From the sequence record PZ386970.1: a stretch of 64,000 bases of DNA. One strand, given 5' to 3'. Origin of the DNA: a phage. Below the pieces are notes generated by a model that was not told the origin of the DNA, made no database searches, and was given only the letters and a program-made list of their open reading frames with translations. Position 1 is the first letter of the stretch. Every line of letters starts with the position of its first letter. Positions 8,858 to 18,146 of this stretch are shown piece by piece. The position numbers and the translations under genes were made by a program.

Positions 8858-9654
8858 TAGGACATCCAACACATTTTATAACCTTTGCAGGTTCTGTTAG
8901 GATTATTTAATGCTTTCAATATATTAGAAGACCCTATACCTAAATACTCCCTTAATTCATAAAGATAGTTAAAATCAATAGTTTCACCTGTTTTTACACT
9001 TGTGATTCTTATAGGCCTTCTTTCATATTTAGATTTATACAACTCTCTAGTCTTAGCTTTAGTTTCTTCTGACCTAGGAGTGTATGGTTTAAATCCTTTT
9101 GTTTTAAATGTTTCCATTCTTGATTTAGTTATTTTATCCTGGTGTTCTTTTGTTTTTACAGGTGCTTTTCGCCCATTCTCCCAAGATAACTTGTTGGCCT
9201 GTATTATTTTATCTATTGCTTCTTGCGTATGAGTTTTACCATAAAATGGATTTAATTCGCCTATACGTTGTGAAGCAATATGTGACATTAATTCTCTTGT
9301 TGCTTTAGTATGTTTTTTACCTTTAAATGGGTTGCCATTTTTAGCAATCCATTCTTTCATAAATCTAGAGTGCTCTTTAGAGAATTCTTGTTTAAGCCAA
9401 TCATAATCTCTAGAATTTCTAGCTCCCATGTAAAAAGCTCTAATAGCCATAAGCGTAGAACGGTTCTTATGAATTTTATAAAGCAATAAATGGGCGATAA
9501 AATGCTCTCTAGGGGTCATTTTAACTAGATTTGATTTAGCATTACTCCCGCCCATAGATTTAGGCAAAATATGGTGAGTTTCAGTATAATTAGGAATAGT
9601 GCTGCGGTTTTTAGCCGCAGCGATAAGTTTATCATAAATTTTACGATAATTCAT
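8857..9654 (-). CDS. HNH homing endonuclease with NUMOD-like repeats (free-standing, Mob-like)
   Basis: HHILPKSMGGSNAKSNLVKMTPREHFIAH HNH motif; repeated NPFYGKxHT motifs; ATG overlaps gene 39 stop (TAATG); track start is an upstream TTG. Confidence 0.75.
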   Translation of the reverse strand: MNYRKIYDKLIAAAKNRSTIPNYTETHHILPKSMGGSNAKSNLVKMTPREHFIAHLLLYKIHKNRSTLMAIRAFYMGARNSRDYDWLKQEFSKEHSRFMKEWIAKNGNPFKGKKHTKATRELMSHIASQRIGELNPFYGKTHTQEAIDKIIQANKLSWENGRKAPVKTKEHQDKITKSRMETFKTKGFKPYTPRSEETKAKTRELYKSKYERRPIRITSVKTGETIDFNYLYELREYLGIGSSNILKALNNPNRTCKGYKMCWMS

Positions 9655-11474
9655 TATCCTAGCATCCAATCTTTACGGAGTTCAGGGTCGTTACCCATGA
9701 GCATTTCAAATAGTTCTTTCCAATTTTCAGGAAGTTTAACTACGTCGTACACAGGGTTTTGAATCATTTCTTTATATTCATCCCGCTGAAGTGAGCCCAA
9801 TCCCTTGATGTATCGAATACTATGCTTAGGCAGTGTATCTTTAGCTTCTTCATACTCAGCTACAGTATAAAACCATTTTTGAGATTTGCCAATTTGTGCA
9901 ATAATTACAGGTGTTTTAACAAAGCGAATACGTCCTTGTTCAAACAATTCAGGCCAATTACTAAAGAAAGCAAGCAAAGCCGGATAGATACTTCCAAGAC
10001 CGTCATGATCGGCATCGGTCATAATTGCAATATTACGATAGTTCGTATTCTCTGCCTTTTCACCAAGAATAAGACCTGTGATAGCACAGATATCAAAGAG
10101 CTCTTTGTTCTTCATCATATCAGCATATGACATACCCCAGCTATTCATCACCTTACCACGTAACGGGAATCCACCATGTAGTTCACGGTCACGAACATCA
10201 ATGAGATAACCAATTGCCGAATCACCTTCTGTTAAGAACAATGTCGTATCTGCATCTTTACCACATTGGTTAGCTTTAATATGCTTATGAACCTTAGCTT
10301 TAGTTGCCTTTTTAGCTGCTTTAGTTTCTGCAGCCTTTTCTGCTGCCAATTTACGAGCTAATGCTGCTTCAACAATAGGCATAATCAAGGCTTCGTTTTT
10401 AAGAAGCGCCTGAGCAATTTTCTTAGCATCTAATTGGATATGATTACGAATATCACCATACGTTGACGTTAAACGTTCTTTAGTCTGAGAATCAAAACGC
10501 ATGTTGCTCATGTCTCTAATAAACATCAACATTGTGAGACATTCTTTAACACGAGCTTTAGTGACTTCAATACCCTTATATTTCTTTTTAATACCCGGCA
10601 AAAGATGTTCGCAGATATCATCCATTACACATTCAACATGATGACCGCCATTTTTAGTATGGATGTTATTAACATAAGTTAAATGACGGAAGCCATCTGG
10701 TGATGTTGTGAATGCTATAGAGACTTTATCATTTTCTTGAATGATGTTATCTTCACCAAATTGTTTAGCAAATCGTTTAAAATTACCATCAACCTTTTTA
10801 CCATTAAATGTGAACTTGATATCAGGATAAACGACTGCCAATGTTTGAAGTCGGTCTAAAGTAATATCTAAATAAATTTGAGATAAATTATGCTCTTCAA
10901 ATGAAGAGAAATCAGGAGTGAAGATTACTTTAGTGCCTTTACCTTTAGATTTCTTAGAAGACCATGATTTGTTTTCCATTCCATTTGAACAGTTAACAGT
11001 GATTTCATTTTCACCATCTGACGTGATGCCTGTAAACAACGTAGAGAAGATATTAGTTAAACTACTCCCGACGCCGTTCATACCACCAGTCTTGCGTTCA
11101 GAATCATCACCAAAGTTACCACCAGCTTTTGGAATAGTCCAGGCTGCTACAGGCCCAGGAATTTGTTCACCTGTTTGGTCGGTAACTAAACCTTGAGGAA
11201 TACCACGTCCGTTATCTTCAACCGAAACTTGATTATTTTTAATTTGCACATCAATTTTATTTGCAAACTTAAATGATGTACGAATAGCTTCATCAACTGA
11301 GTTGTCAATAATCTCATCGATTAATTTAACCAGGCCAGGAACATATTCAACTTGTTGATATTTACCAAACAAAAAACGCTCATGTGCTTCTTTGGCCGAA
11401 GAACCAATATACATACCACTACGTTTCTTAATATGTTCTACATCTGACAATACCTTAATTTCATTTTTAATCAT
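9654..11474 (-). CDS. 39: DNA topoisomerase II large subunit (GyrB-like ATPase + Toprim), unsplit gp39
   Basis: 606 aa; MIKNEIKVLSDVEHIKKRSGMYIGSS N-terminus; Toprim LFLTEGDSA...DADHDG at C-terminus in the same ORF. Confidence 0.9.
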   Translation of the reverse strand: MIKNEIKVLSDVEHIKKRSGMYIGSSAKEAHERFLFGKYQQVEYVPGLVKLIDEIIDNSVDEAIRTSFKFANKIDVQIKNNQVSVEDNGRGIPQGLVTDQTGEQIPGPVAAWTIPKAGGNFGDDSERKTGGMNGVGSSLTNIFSTLFTGITSDGENEITVNCSNGMENKSWSSKKSKGKGTKVIFTPDFSSFEEHNLSQIYLDITLDRLQTLAVVYPDIKFTFNGKKVDGNFKRFAKQFGEDNIIQENDKVSIAFTTSPDGFRHLTYVNNIHTKNGGHHVECVMDDICEHLLPGIKKKYKGIEVTKARVKECLTMLMFIRDMSNMRFDSQTKERLTSTYGDIRNHIQLDAKKIAQALLKNEALIMPIVEAALARKLAAEKAAETKAAKKATKAKVHKHIKANQCGKDADTTLFLTEGDSAIGYLIDVRDRELHGGFPLRGKVMNSWGMSYADMMKNKELFDICAITGLILGEKAENTNYRNIAIMTDADHDGLGSIYPALLAFFSNWPELFEQGRIRFVKTPVIIAQIGKSQKWFYTVAEYEEAKDTLPKHSIRYIKGLGSLQRDEYKEMIQNPVYDVVKLPENWKELFEMLMGNDPELRKDWMLG

Positions 11475-11496
11475 GTTGTCTCCTCGTTATGAAGGT

Positions 11497-11523
11497 ATTC
11501 TATCATCCGAAATCTAAAGCAAA
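11497..11523 (-). promoter_or_regulatory. MotA-type middle promoter upstream of gene 39 (TTGCTTTA box, 12 nt, TAGAAT)
   Basis: minus strand tttTTGCTTTAgatttcggatgaTAGAAT; MotA box consensus (a/t)(a/t)TGCTT(t/c)A. Confidence 0.45.
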
Positions 11524-11538
11524 AAGGGCCGAAGCCCT
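11519..11538 (-). terminator. UUCG-tetraloop hairpin (AGGGC-UUCG-GCCCU) plus U5
   Basis: stem-loop followed by UUUUUG directly after the stop of the upstream gene. Confidence 0.5.
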
Positions 11539-11963
11539 TATTTAAATTTAATTTTCTGAAGTGCATCAATTGCAGCCAAACGCCCTTGTTCACTTTTAAC
11601 TGTAATGACCACATCGCCGGATACGATCACCGAACCATCAACAAATTCTATAGAGCCTTTTTTGAAATCGACAGCTGTATCTGGTTCCGGAACTTCTTCA
11701 AAGAATTTAAATTCTGCACCATAAAGCAGAATATCACCTTGCATACTATGAATAGTTCGGCCATAATCGCCTACGGCTTCTACAGCAATAACCGAAACGC
11801 CGTAACCAATCATCTCTTCCACAATAAAATCTTTGGACAATAAAGTAGTATGCAGATTAGTATTAAGACGTTTACCAGTTGTATTAAGAATTCTCAAGAA
11901 ATTATCTTCTTGACCTTTGATAATACGATATTTCTTACCAACTTCAAAACCTTTAAAAGCCAT
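11538..11963 (-). CDS. hypothetical protein (141 aa)
   Basis: ATG ORF MAFKGFEV...; no family recognised. Confidence 0.5.
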   Translation of the reverse strand: MAFKGFEVGKKYRIIKGQEDNFLRILNTTGKRLNTNLHTTLLSKDFIVEEMIGYGVSVIAVEAVGDYGRTIHSMQGDILLYGAEFKFFEEVPEPDTAVDFKKGSIEFVDGSVIVSGDVVITVKSEQGRLAAIDALQKIKFK

Positions 11964-11965
11964 AA

Positions 11966-12145
11966 TTAACCCTTCTTAAGTAAGTCGTAAAAACCGCCGT
12001 TCACATGTTTAGGAGCAGAAACCCGACGAGTAGACAGACGATGACATTCAGGGCAAACATCATTTTCTCGTTCAGAAATCCTTTTAATTTTTTCATATTC
12101 ATGACCACAATCTTCAGATTGACATTTATAGTCGTATAACGGCAT
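11966..12145 (-). CDS. zinc-ribbon protein (59 aa), FmdB-like
   Basis: manual translation [18 protein letters not shown]...CPECH; two CxxC pairs; TAATG-coupled to upstream gene. Confidence 0.45.
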   Translation of the reverse strand: MPLYDYKCQSEDCGHEYEKIKRISERENDVCPECHRLSTRRVSAPKHVNGGFYDLLKKG

Positions 12146-12558
12146 TATTGTTCCTTAAAGTGAGCTTTCAACATTTGATACAAAGACCATGCCTGGTCGT
12201 TATTTTCGATAGTAATCGTCATCACCGGAAATTCAGACAATTCGTCAAGTTCACTAGAATCTTGCTCTTCGGGCGCTTGATATGGATTTCCAACTTCGTC
12301 AAAGAACTCTGCTTCATTCGTGGAGAGCCAGATAAAGTTTTCATCAAGAATATCACCACCTGTTGCGTATCCAACCATGCCAGTAGATGTCACAATTTTA
12401 GTAGGTCGTCCAAGATGGTCAACATCTAATACTTTAAATGGTTCCATGCCAAGACGTCGTGCATAAATCCCATTATCAGTGTGGTCTTTAATAAACTCTT
12501 CTTGGGCACGTTTATCTTTAAATTGGTACCATGAGTTAACACGGAATTTATTAGCCAT
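12145..12558 (-). CDS. hypothetical acidic protein (137 aa from MANKF)
   Basis: internal ATG chosen because it couples (TAATG) to the upstream stop. Confidence 0.45.
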   Translation of the reverse strand: MANKFRVNSWYQFKDKRAQEEFIKDHTDNGIYARRLGMEPFKVLDVDHLGRPTKIVTSTGMVGYATGGDILDENFIWLSTNEAEFFDEVGNPYQAPEEQDSSELDELSEFPVMTITIENNDQAWSLYQMLKAHFKEQ

Positions 12559-12785
12559 TAGTAAGTTTCCTTCCAATAAGTTGTACCGTTTTCAGTGATT
12601 TCACGGAAGATACCATAGATAGGCATTTCATCACCAAGTTTTTCGTAAACGTAAACCACTTCAGTGTAGCATAAAAATTCGGTCCAGTTTTTCTGTACAA
12701 CAACTAAATCAGGATTAAACAAAACATCTTCAAACTCATCGATGTTTGAATCAGTAGTTACGTTTTTAATGATTTGACGTTTCAT
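12558..12785 (-). CDS. hypothetical protein (75 aa from MKRQIIKNV)
   Basis: track N-terminus MVYDTIDLSKQEEN is a translation of the promoter repeat; true start follows GAGGAG RBS. Confidence 0.45.
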   Translation of the reverse strand: MKRQIIKNVTTDSNIDEFEDVLFNPDLVVVQKNWTEFLCYTEVVYVYEKLGDEMPIYGIFREITENGTTYWKETY

Positions 12786-12799
12786 AATATTCTCCTCTT

Positions 12800-12843
12800 G
12801 TTTTGATAGGTCTATAGTATCATAGACCATAGTTGTTGTACAT
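12800..12843 (-). promoter_or_regulatory. early-type promoter (family A, -35 variant TGTACA)
   Basis: TACTAT -10 followed by AGACCTATCAAAACAAGAGGAG. Confidence 0.5.
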
Positions 12844-13367
12844 CATTTTAGCAAAATAAAATCAACTTGTTCTGCCAATGAACGTCTAAACATTAATTGA
12901 CAACTTCCGAGTATGAAATCAGGTGCTTCATAGACCGCGATGTAGTATCCTTTAGCTTTCAAGAGTTCAACATCCACTTGGTCATCAAACCATGCATAAA
13001 CCGCGTCAACACTTTCAAATCCAAAATAGAACCCTTGAGCCCAATCTTCGCTCAATTCAAATGTGTGCTCAATTCTATAGTATCTTAAGATATTTTGTTC
13101 AAGGAGTTTGTCTTCATTTACTGTAGGACGATTAGGGACGTTATAGTTGTCGCCGTGATGGTAGAAGTTACCTGAGAGTATTCCATGCTTATCAAGGAAC
13201 TCCCATGTTTCTTCAGAGTTGTCGGTGCCCGACCAACCGTATGGTGAGCGAGGTTCTTTATTCCAAGAGGTTTCCCAAATTCTGACGGCTTTGCCGTCTT
13301 CGATAGCAATTCCTGGTAATGATTCACGTTGAGTACAAAAACTACGTTCTACGCGGTAAACTAACAT
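12843..13367 (-). CDS. hypothetical protein (174 aa from MLVYRVE)
   Basis: start placed downstream of promoter 13388-13425 after GAGGAG RBS. Confidence 0.5.
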   Translation of the reverse strand: MLVYRVERSFCTQRESLPGIAIEDGKAVRIWETSWNKEPRSPYGWSGTDNSEETWEFLDKHGILSGNFYHHGDNYNVPNRPTVNEDKLLEQNILRYYRIEHTFELSEDWAQGFYFGFESVDAVYAWFDDQVDVELLKAKGYYIAVYEAPDFILGSCQLMFRRSLAEQVDFILLK

Positions 13368-13387
13368 ATTATTCTCCTCTGGTTGAT

Positions 13388-13425
13388 ATGGCTCTATAAT
13401 ATCAAATCCAGAGGAGAAGTAAACA
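13388..13425 (-). promoter_or_regulatory. early-type promoter (family A)
   Basis: GTTTAC, spacer, TATTAT then AGAGCCATATCAAC. Confidence 0.45.
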
Positions 13426-13428
13426 ACT

Positions 13429-13848
13429 TTATGCAAAAGATGCTGGACAATATTTTTTGATTCGGAACTCAGGAACTACCATGAACTGCCCGGCAAAAAC
13501 AATGTTGTAAAGCTTGACACCATCTTCAACCCATTGGTCGCTAATAAATCCGGCAATTTGCTTAGTTTTCCATGGTGTTCCATCAGTTGCAGCAGAAATA
13601 GTAAATTCATGGTCTTTTACAACTAAAACAGACCTGCACAGTTTCCATTTGAATGCTTTTTCTTCTGGTTCAATGAACCGGCTTTTAACGTAACCAATGT
13701 TACCATCAGCGTCACGAACTTTAACTTCGTTACGTCCAAAAACCGGATCACTTACATAAAGGACTTCAACCAACTTCCCAGCAACTTTAGAGCGAGAAGC
13801 ATCTGATACGTGTACATAATCACCAATAGAGAGATTTGCAATATTCAT
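13429..13848 (-). CDS. hypothetical protein, member 1 of a tandem three-gene paralogous family
   Basis: shares SDASRSKxAGxLVEV and GFISDQWVEDGxKLYNIVF motifs with the two genes upstream. Confidence 0.5.
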   Translation of the reverse strand: MNIANLSIGDYVHVSDASRSKVAGKLVEVLYVSDPVFGRNEVKVRDADGNIGYVKSRFIEPEEKAFKWKLCRSVLVVKDHEFTISAATDGTPWKTKQIAGFISDQWVEDGVKLYNIVFAGQFMVVPEFRIKKYCPASFA

Positions 13849-13857
13849 AATAATTCC

Positions 13858-14313
13858 TTAAGCTTTACGAGGAGATACATAGCGAGTGATTTCAGATTCT
13901 TTAACAACTCGGAAGTCACCTAAGAATACGATATTGTATAACTTTTCACCATCTTCAACCCATTGGTCACTAATGAAGCCACACATAGTATCAGTTTTGC
14001 TTGGATAACCGTATTCATCGATGAAGTCAAATTCTTTATCAGTCTGGAATTCAACACCTTTACACAAGACCCATTTGAACTGTACATTAGGTTCAGTAGA
14101 AGCAAAATGAGCGCTCACATGAGTTTCCAAGAATTTAGGACTTACGTAAGCGTACTGAGTTTCAGTTTTTCCAGAACTAGGAATGATTCGAACTTTAACT
14201 TCTTTAACACGACCAGTACCATTAGTACGAAGTCCTACCACTTCAACTAGACGACCTGCAGCTTTAGAACGAGATGCAGACGATACACGCTTAATTTCAC
14301 CAATAGTAATCAT
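13858..14313 (-). CDS. hypothetical protein, paralogue 2 (from MITIGEIKRV)
   Basis: paralogue motifs; start trimmed to lie downstream of promoter 14335-14372. Confidence 0.5.
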   Translation of the reverse strand: MITIGEIKRVSSASRSKAAGRLVEVVGLRTNGTGRVKEVKVRIIPSSGKTETQYAYVSPKFLETHVSAHFASTEPNVQFKWVLCKGVEFQTDKEFDFIDEYGYPSKTDTMCGFISDQWVEDGEKLYNIVFLGDFRVVKESEITRYVSPRKA

Positions 14314-14334
14314 AATTTCTCTCTCTTTGTTTAA

Positions 14335-14372
14335 ATTGAATTCACTATACTCCATCCATCCTTGGATGTACA
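14335..14372 (-). promoter_or_regulatory. early-type promoter (family B variant, palindromic spacer)
   Basis: TTGTACA, spacer GGATGGATGGAG, TATAGT. Confidence 0.45.
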
Positions 14373-14375
14373 ACA

Positions 14376-14870
14376 TTAATTTAGAATATTAACCACAGCA
14401 CTACGTGGAACTACACTAAAATCACCTGCATGAACAACGTTCAGAAGTTCAACACCGTCTTCAATCCACTGATCAGTTACCCATCCACTCACTGGTCCTG
14501 CGAACGGACGACGAATTGAAACAGCTTTACACAACAAATCAGTAGGCTCAATAGGCTTAATCAGAGTACCGTACATACAAGCGATATCCATATCAAAGTG
14601 GAGACCATCTTTAACAGGTGCTTCTTCAATCAACAGTTCAAAGTCGGTGCTTGGAAGGGCGGTAGTAGAAATTGTACCGTATGAATTTTTAATTTCTAAG
14701 AATAACCAAGGGCCTTCAGCTTGTTTGATGAAGTTAACAATAGTGAAACTATTACCTTGAGTGGCACCTAAAATTTCACAAAACTTTTCATAAGCTCGCA
14801 CTGAAGCACCGTACCAGTTGATTTGTTTTTCGTCTTTCAGGATGTAAGTAGCCGTAGTATTGATATTCAT
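14376..14870 (-). CDS. hypothetical protein, paralogue 3 (from MNINTTATY)
   Basis: C-terminal GWVTDQWIEDGVELLNVVHAGDF matches paralogue motif; start trimmed downstream of promoter. Confidence 0.5.
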   Translation of the reverse strand: MNINTTATYILKDEKQINWYGASVRAYEKFCEILGATQGNSFTIVNFIKQAEGPWLFLEIKNSYGTISTTALPSTDFELLIEEAPVKDGLHFDMDIACMYGTLIKPIEPTDLLCKAVSIRRPFAGPVSGWVTDQWIEDGVELLNVVHAGDFSVVPRSAVVNILN

Positions 14871-14894
14871 AATGGTTTCCCGTTTGGTTAAGAT

Positions 14895-14930
14895 AGAAAG
14901 ATTATACTCCAACCATCCTTGGTTGTAAAC
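14895..14930 (-). promoter_or_regulatory. early-type promoter (family B): GTTTACAACCAAGGATGGTTGGAGTATAAT
   Basis: near-identical copy at 57820-57857; related copy upstream of gene 43. Confidence 0.55.
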
Positions 14931-14935
14931 TGTTT

Positions 14936-15613
14936 TTATCGCTGTTTTACACTTAACGGGTCAGGATTCTCAGGGACATCTTCAAGGCCAAGCGCATAAC
15001 GCTGAGCATATTTTAACATCAAAATATCTTTAGCACAATCATGAATACTATCATGGGCAACGAATCCTTTTAGCGTACCCATCGGTAATGGACACATACT
15101 TAATCCTCGTGTCAACGAGTAAGCTTCGATTGCTGTACGAATATCACGTTGAGCCCAGAATTTAACCGGTTCTAATTTATCAGTATCAATATCTGGTTCA
15201 AGAACACCTTCATCACGATAGAGGTCACGAATCAAATCGACCAAGATTGGGAAGTCAAAGCTCATACCACGGCACCACATCTGTGATTTCCATTGGTCAA
15301 CTTTATTAGCTCGGCAATAGTCTAAAAAGATTTTAATGCCTTCAAGCGTAGTGACATCGTCTTCAGACGGGGCCAAGTTTTTACGTGCTTCAGCCGATTG
15401 TTCTTTCCACCATTTCATAGTGGATTTAGCGAAAACTCGCTTCCCTTTCTGAGAAGCTAAATTAAATTTAATTCGTTTACCTCGTTGAACAAGTTCTTCA
15501 AATGATTCAACAACTTCAGGGTCGGAATTATATGCAATAACCGCAAGGTCAATAACAGCCGCTTTTGATGTATTGCCGAATGTTTCAAAATCTATAATAA
15601 CATCAGTGCTCAT
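14936..15613 (-). CDS. dexA: exonuclease A (DnaQ-like 3'-5' exonuclease), DexA
   Basis: 225 aa, N-terminus MSTDVIIDFETFGN...AAVIDLAVIAY with DxE motif; position next to dda. Confidence 0.75.
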   Translation of the reverse strand: MSTDVIIDFETFGNTSKAAVIDLAVIAYNSDPEVVESFEELVQRGKRIKFNLASQKGKRVFAKSTMKWWKEQSAEARKNLAPSEDDVTTLEGIKIFLDYCRANKVDQWKSQMWCRGMSFDFPILVDLIRDLYRDEGVLEPDIDTDKLEPVKFWAQRDIRTAIEAYSLTRGLSMCPLPMGTLKGFVAHDSIHDCAKDILMLKYAQRYALGLEDVPENPDPLSVKQR

Positions 15614-15622
15614 AATTTTCTC

Positions 15623-16936
15623 TCAAATAAAATGGACGTCAAAACGACCACGAGTTGTGCCTACATACAATAATTGTTTAGCTAATTCTGAATCGGCATA
15701 ATGGATACACGGTGTATAAACAAAGGCCGTGTCAACAGACATACCTTGGGCCTTATGGAAGGTTGATACTGGTAGTGCCTTCACCTTAGTGAACATACGT
15801 TTAGCATCCCAGAATTCGCTCCATGGAGCTTTACCACCTTTATTCCAAAATTTGTATGTTTCTGCGGTCTTAGCCAAAAACAAATTGAATTTATAAAGCT
15901 CTTCTTCGGAAGAAATAACCTTTATATCCTCGCGGACATATTCTTCGTCATCCCCATATGTTTCTACTGTAAGATTCCAGTATCGTATCATATATTCGCC
16001 TGAAACACCACGTGCTTTAACAAATGTAGACGTTTCTACAGCATCTCGAATACGAACGAATTGCCCGTTATTGAAAAGCATTTCAGTCATATTTTTGCCA
16101 TCTAGCTTGTACGTCTTAGTAAACGGCTCTTGTAGAACAATGACTTCGTCTTTAATAAATGGCTTTTCTGTTTCAAGAAGTTTTCGGCGAATAATTGAAT
16201 TTAACTTGTCCACCGACTTATTTGTGAATGCCATCATTCGATTTTCGAAAAGGTCTTCAGGAGTTTTAACGACGTTAAAATAGTTCATCATATACGATTT
16301 AAGGTCTGTATATCCATGAACACCGTGTCCATCAACTACTTTATCGTAAATCCATTTGCCATTACGAATATCAGTCGCAACATCAATAATTGGTGCATTG
16401 CTACGTTTAACTTCTGTAAGGTTGCATTGCACGAAGTCTTTGTGAGTGAAGAAAGGACTTAGATACGCAGTTGATTCGCCTGGGTCGACCGGACGAATCT
16501 GACATCGGTCACCAATTCCAATTACTGTACACCATTTAGGGATACTAGCTAACATTATTTTAAACAGAGAACGGTCACACATTGACGCTTCATCAAATAA
16601 CAGTACACGGCACAAGGCTAAGTCGGGAACCTTTTTCTGTTCAAACAATACGTTTTCTTCGTATGTAGTTGGGTTGATTTTAAGAATGCTATGAATAGTC
16701 GATGCTTCTTGACCCGCAAGTTTGCTTAGAACCTTTTTAGCAGCATGTGTAGGGGCTGCTAAAATAATACCTGATTCTCCAGAAGAAATAAGGGCTTCAA
16801 CGATGAATCTAGTGAGGGTTGTTTTACCTGTACCAGCAGGCCCATTAATAGTTACGTGATGTTTCTTTTCTTTAATAGCGTTCATAACAACGTTGAAGGC
16901 GTTTTTCTGGCCTTCAGTCAAATCATCAAATGTCAT
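15623..16936 (-). CDS. dda: Dda DNA helicase (SF1B)
   Basis: 437 aa, MTFDDLTEGQKNAFN...INGPAGTGKTT Walker A; matches T4 Dda. Confidence 0.9.
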   Translation of the reverse strand: MTFDDLTEGQKNAFNVVMNAIKEKKHHVTINGPAGTGKTTLTRFIVEALISSGESGIILAAPTHAAKKVLSKLAGQEASTIHSILKINPTTYEENVLFEQKKVPDLALCRVLLFDEASMCDRSLFKIMLASIPKWCTVIGIGDRCQIRPVDPGESTAYLSPFFTHKDFVQCNLTEVKRSNAPIIDVATDIRNGKWIYDKVVDGHGVHGYTDLKSYMMNYFNVVKTPEDLFENRMMAFTNKSVDKLNSIIRRKLLETEKPFIKDEVIVLQEPFTKTYKLDGKNMTEMLFNNGQFVRIRDAVETSTFVKARGVSGEYMIRYWNLTVETYGDDEEYVREDIKVISSEEELYKFNLFLAKTAETYKFWNKGGKAPWSEFWDAKRMFTKVKALPVSTFHKAQGMSVDTAFVYTPCIHYADSELAKQLLYVGTTRGRFDVHFI

Positions 16937-17244
16937 CGTAAAGTCCCTGCAATTGGAATACTAACAATACGGCCTGTATCCAGGATTCGTTGATACAATT
17001 TTTGCGTCTCCGCATCTAGTTTAATGTGTTTCATTTCAAGCTTATTAAACCAGAACTTACGCGGAGTTTCGACCATTCTTAGAACTCCCATTTTTAAATC
17101 TGTTTTATACTGGGTTTTCAAAGTATCGAAAACTTTATCTGCAATATCCTTTCTAAAAAATACTGCAGGACGATGCTCATCAAGTGGAACCGGGACAGTA
17201 AATCCTTCCATATCTCGATAAACTATTGCATATACATAAACCAT
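16933..17244 (-). CDS. hypothetical protein (103 aa), dda.1 position
   Basis: ATGA-coupled to dda. Confidence 0.5.
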   Translation of the reverse strand: MVYVYAIVYRDMEGFTVPVPLDEHRPAVFFRKDIADKVFDTLKTQYKTDLKMGVLRMVETPRKFWFNKLEMKHIKLDAETQKLYQRILDTGRIVSIPIAGTLR

Positions 17245-17246
17245 AA

Positions 17247-17993
17247 TTAACCTTTAATAAGTTGGAATAATGATGCGCTAAGTGGTAAGCCACGTTTCAA
17301 TTTTAATTTACCAATGAAACCGATCTTTTCAAAACGTTGCAGACCTTGGATAACTTTATCATATGTATCGAAAAGCGATTCAGCGTCAGTTAATTTAGTT
17401 TTAGTTTTCCAGTCAGAGCCTTTAAGAAGAACGTTGAGTTTAGTAAGTTCATGGCCTTCTGCTTGATGTGAGCCATTAATGCGTGCTTTCAAAGCAACAA
17501 TTCTAAGTTTAGATTCGTTAGATAAAGGTTGATTTTTCGTCATGTTCGCCATATGCTTAACACGATTTTCACGTTTTGCTCGGATTTTTAAAATAGTACC
17601 ATAAACCTTTTTGATTTGGGCCCATTTCTTCTCGTCGAGATTAAGTTTCTCTACTTTACGGGCAGAAGGATTAGCGATACGCCTTGCAATGGCATCACGT
17701 TTCTCAATAAGTTCTTCTAATGTTAAATCAGAACGAGCAGTGTTATATTTTTTCTTAACTGGGATAACATTACCTTTAATGTAGCCGATATCGTTATTAA
17801 AACGTTCTAAGGATAATTTCTCACCTTCAACAGAGTTATTGAAAGATTCACCTGAGTAAGCGCAGACCTTTTGATCAAGAATGTTTTTAAGGTAATTAAA
17901 GTCTAAGTTAAAATCCTTAGAGCGTCTCTTCGCAGAAGCTCTGGTGTGGTCAAGACGACGATTGATTTTGTTAATTTTATTATTTGATAACAT
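17247..17993 (-). CDS. putative HNH-family endonuclease (248 aa)
   Basis: KDFNLDFNYL...CAYSGESF...LSLERFNNDIGYIKGNVIPV resembles phage HNH_3-type nucleases; sits in the T4 srd slot. Confidence 0.45.
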   Translation of the reverse strand: MLSNNKINKINRRLDHTRASAKRRSKDFNLDFNYLKNILDQKVCAYSGESFNNSVEGEKLSLERFNNDIGYIKGNVIPVKKKYNTARSDLTLEELIEKRDAIARRIANPSARKVEKLNLDEKKWAQIKKVYGTILKIRAKRENRVKHMANMTKNQPLSNESKLRIVALKARINGSHQAEGHELTKLNVLLKGSDWKTKTKLTDAESLFDTYDKVIQGLQRFEKIGFIGKLKLKRGLPLSASLFQLIKG

Positions 17994-18034
17994 AATATTT
18001 TCCTCTGTCTTACGGACGTTAAGGTCATTTAGCT

Positions 18035-18071
18035 GATAAGTCTATAATATCATGCCCTCAGGTAGTGTACA
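18035..18071 (-). promoter_or_regulatory. early-type promoter (family A, -35 variant GTGTACA)
   Basis: TATTAT then AGACTTATCAGC. Confidence 0.45.
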
Positions 18072-18146
18072 CTCTTTTTTCATAAAATGCTTTAATTTTT
18101 TATGTGTTATAATGGTTCTGAGTTCCATCCGGTTATTCCAATTCAG

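Noticed and set aside
9654-11474. Gene 60-type translational bypass element
   Set aside because: Gene 39 is continuous through the Toprim domain with no in-frame stop or 50-nt gap.
12558-12830. Extended N-termini in the ORF track such as MVYDTIDLSKQEEN or MYMLLGYVIIDLSKQEEN
   Set aside because: These peptides are translations of the conserved promoter repeat; the real starts are downstream ATGs with GAGGAG-type RBS.
17247-17993. Annotation as Srd by synteny
   Set aside because: The sequence carries HNH-nuclease-like motifs; synteny alone was judged insufficient.
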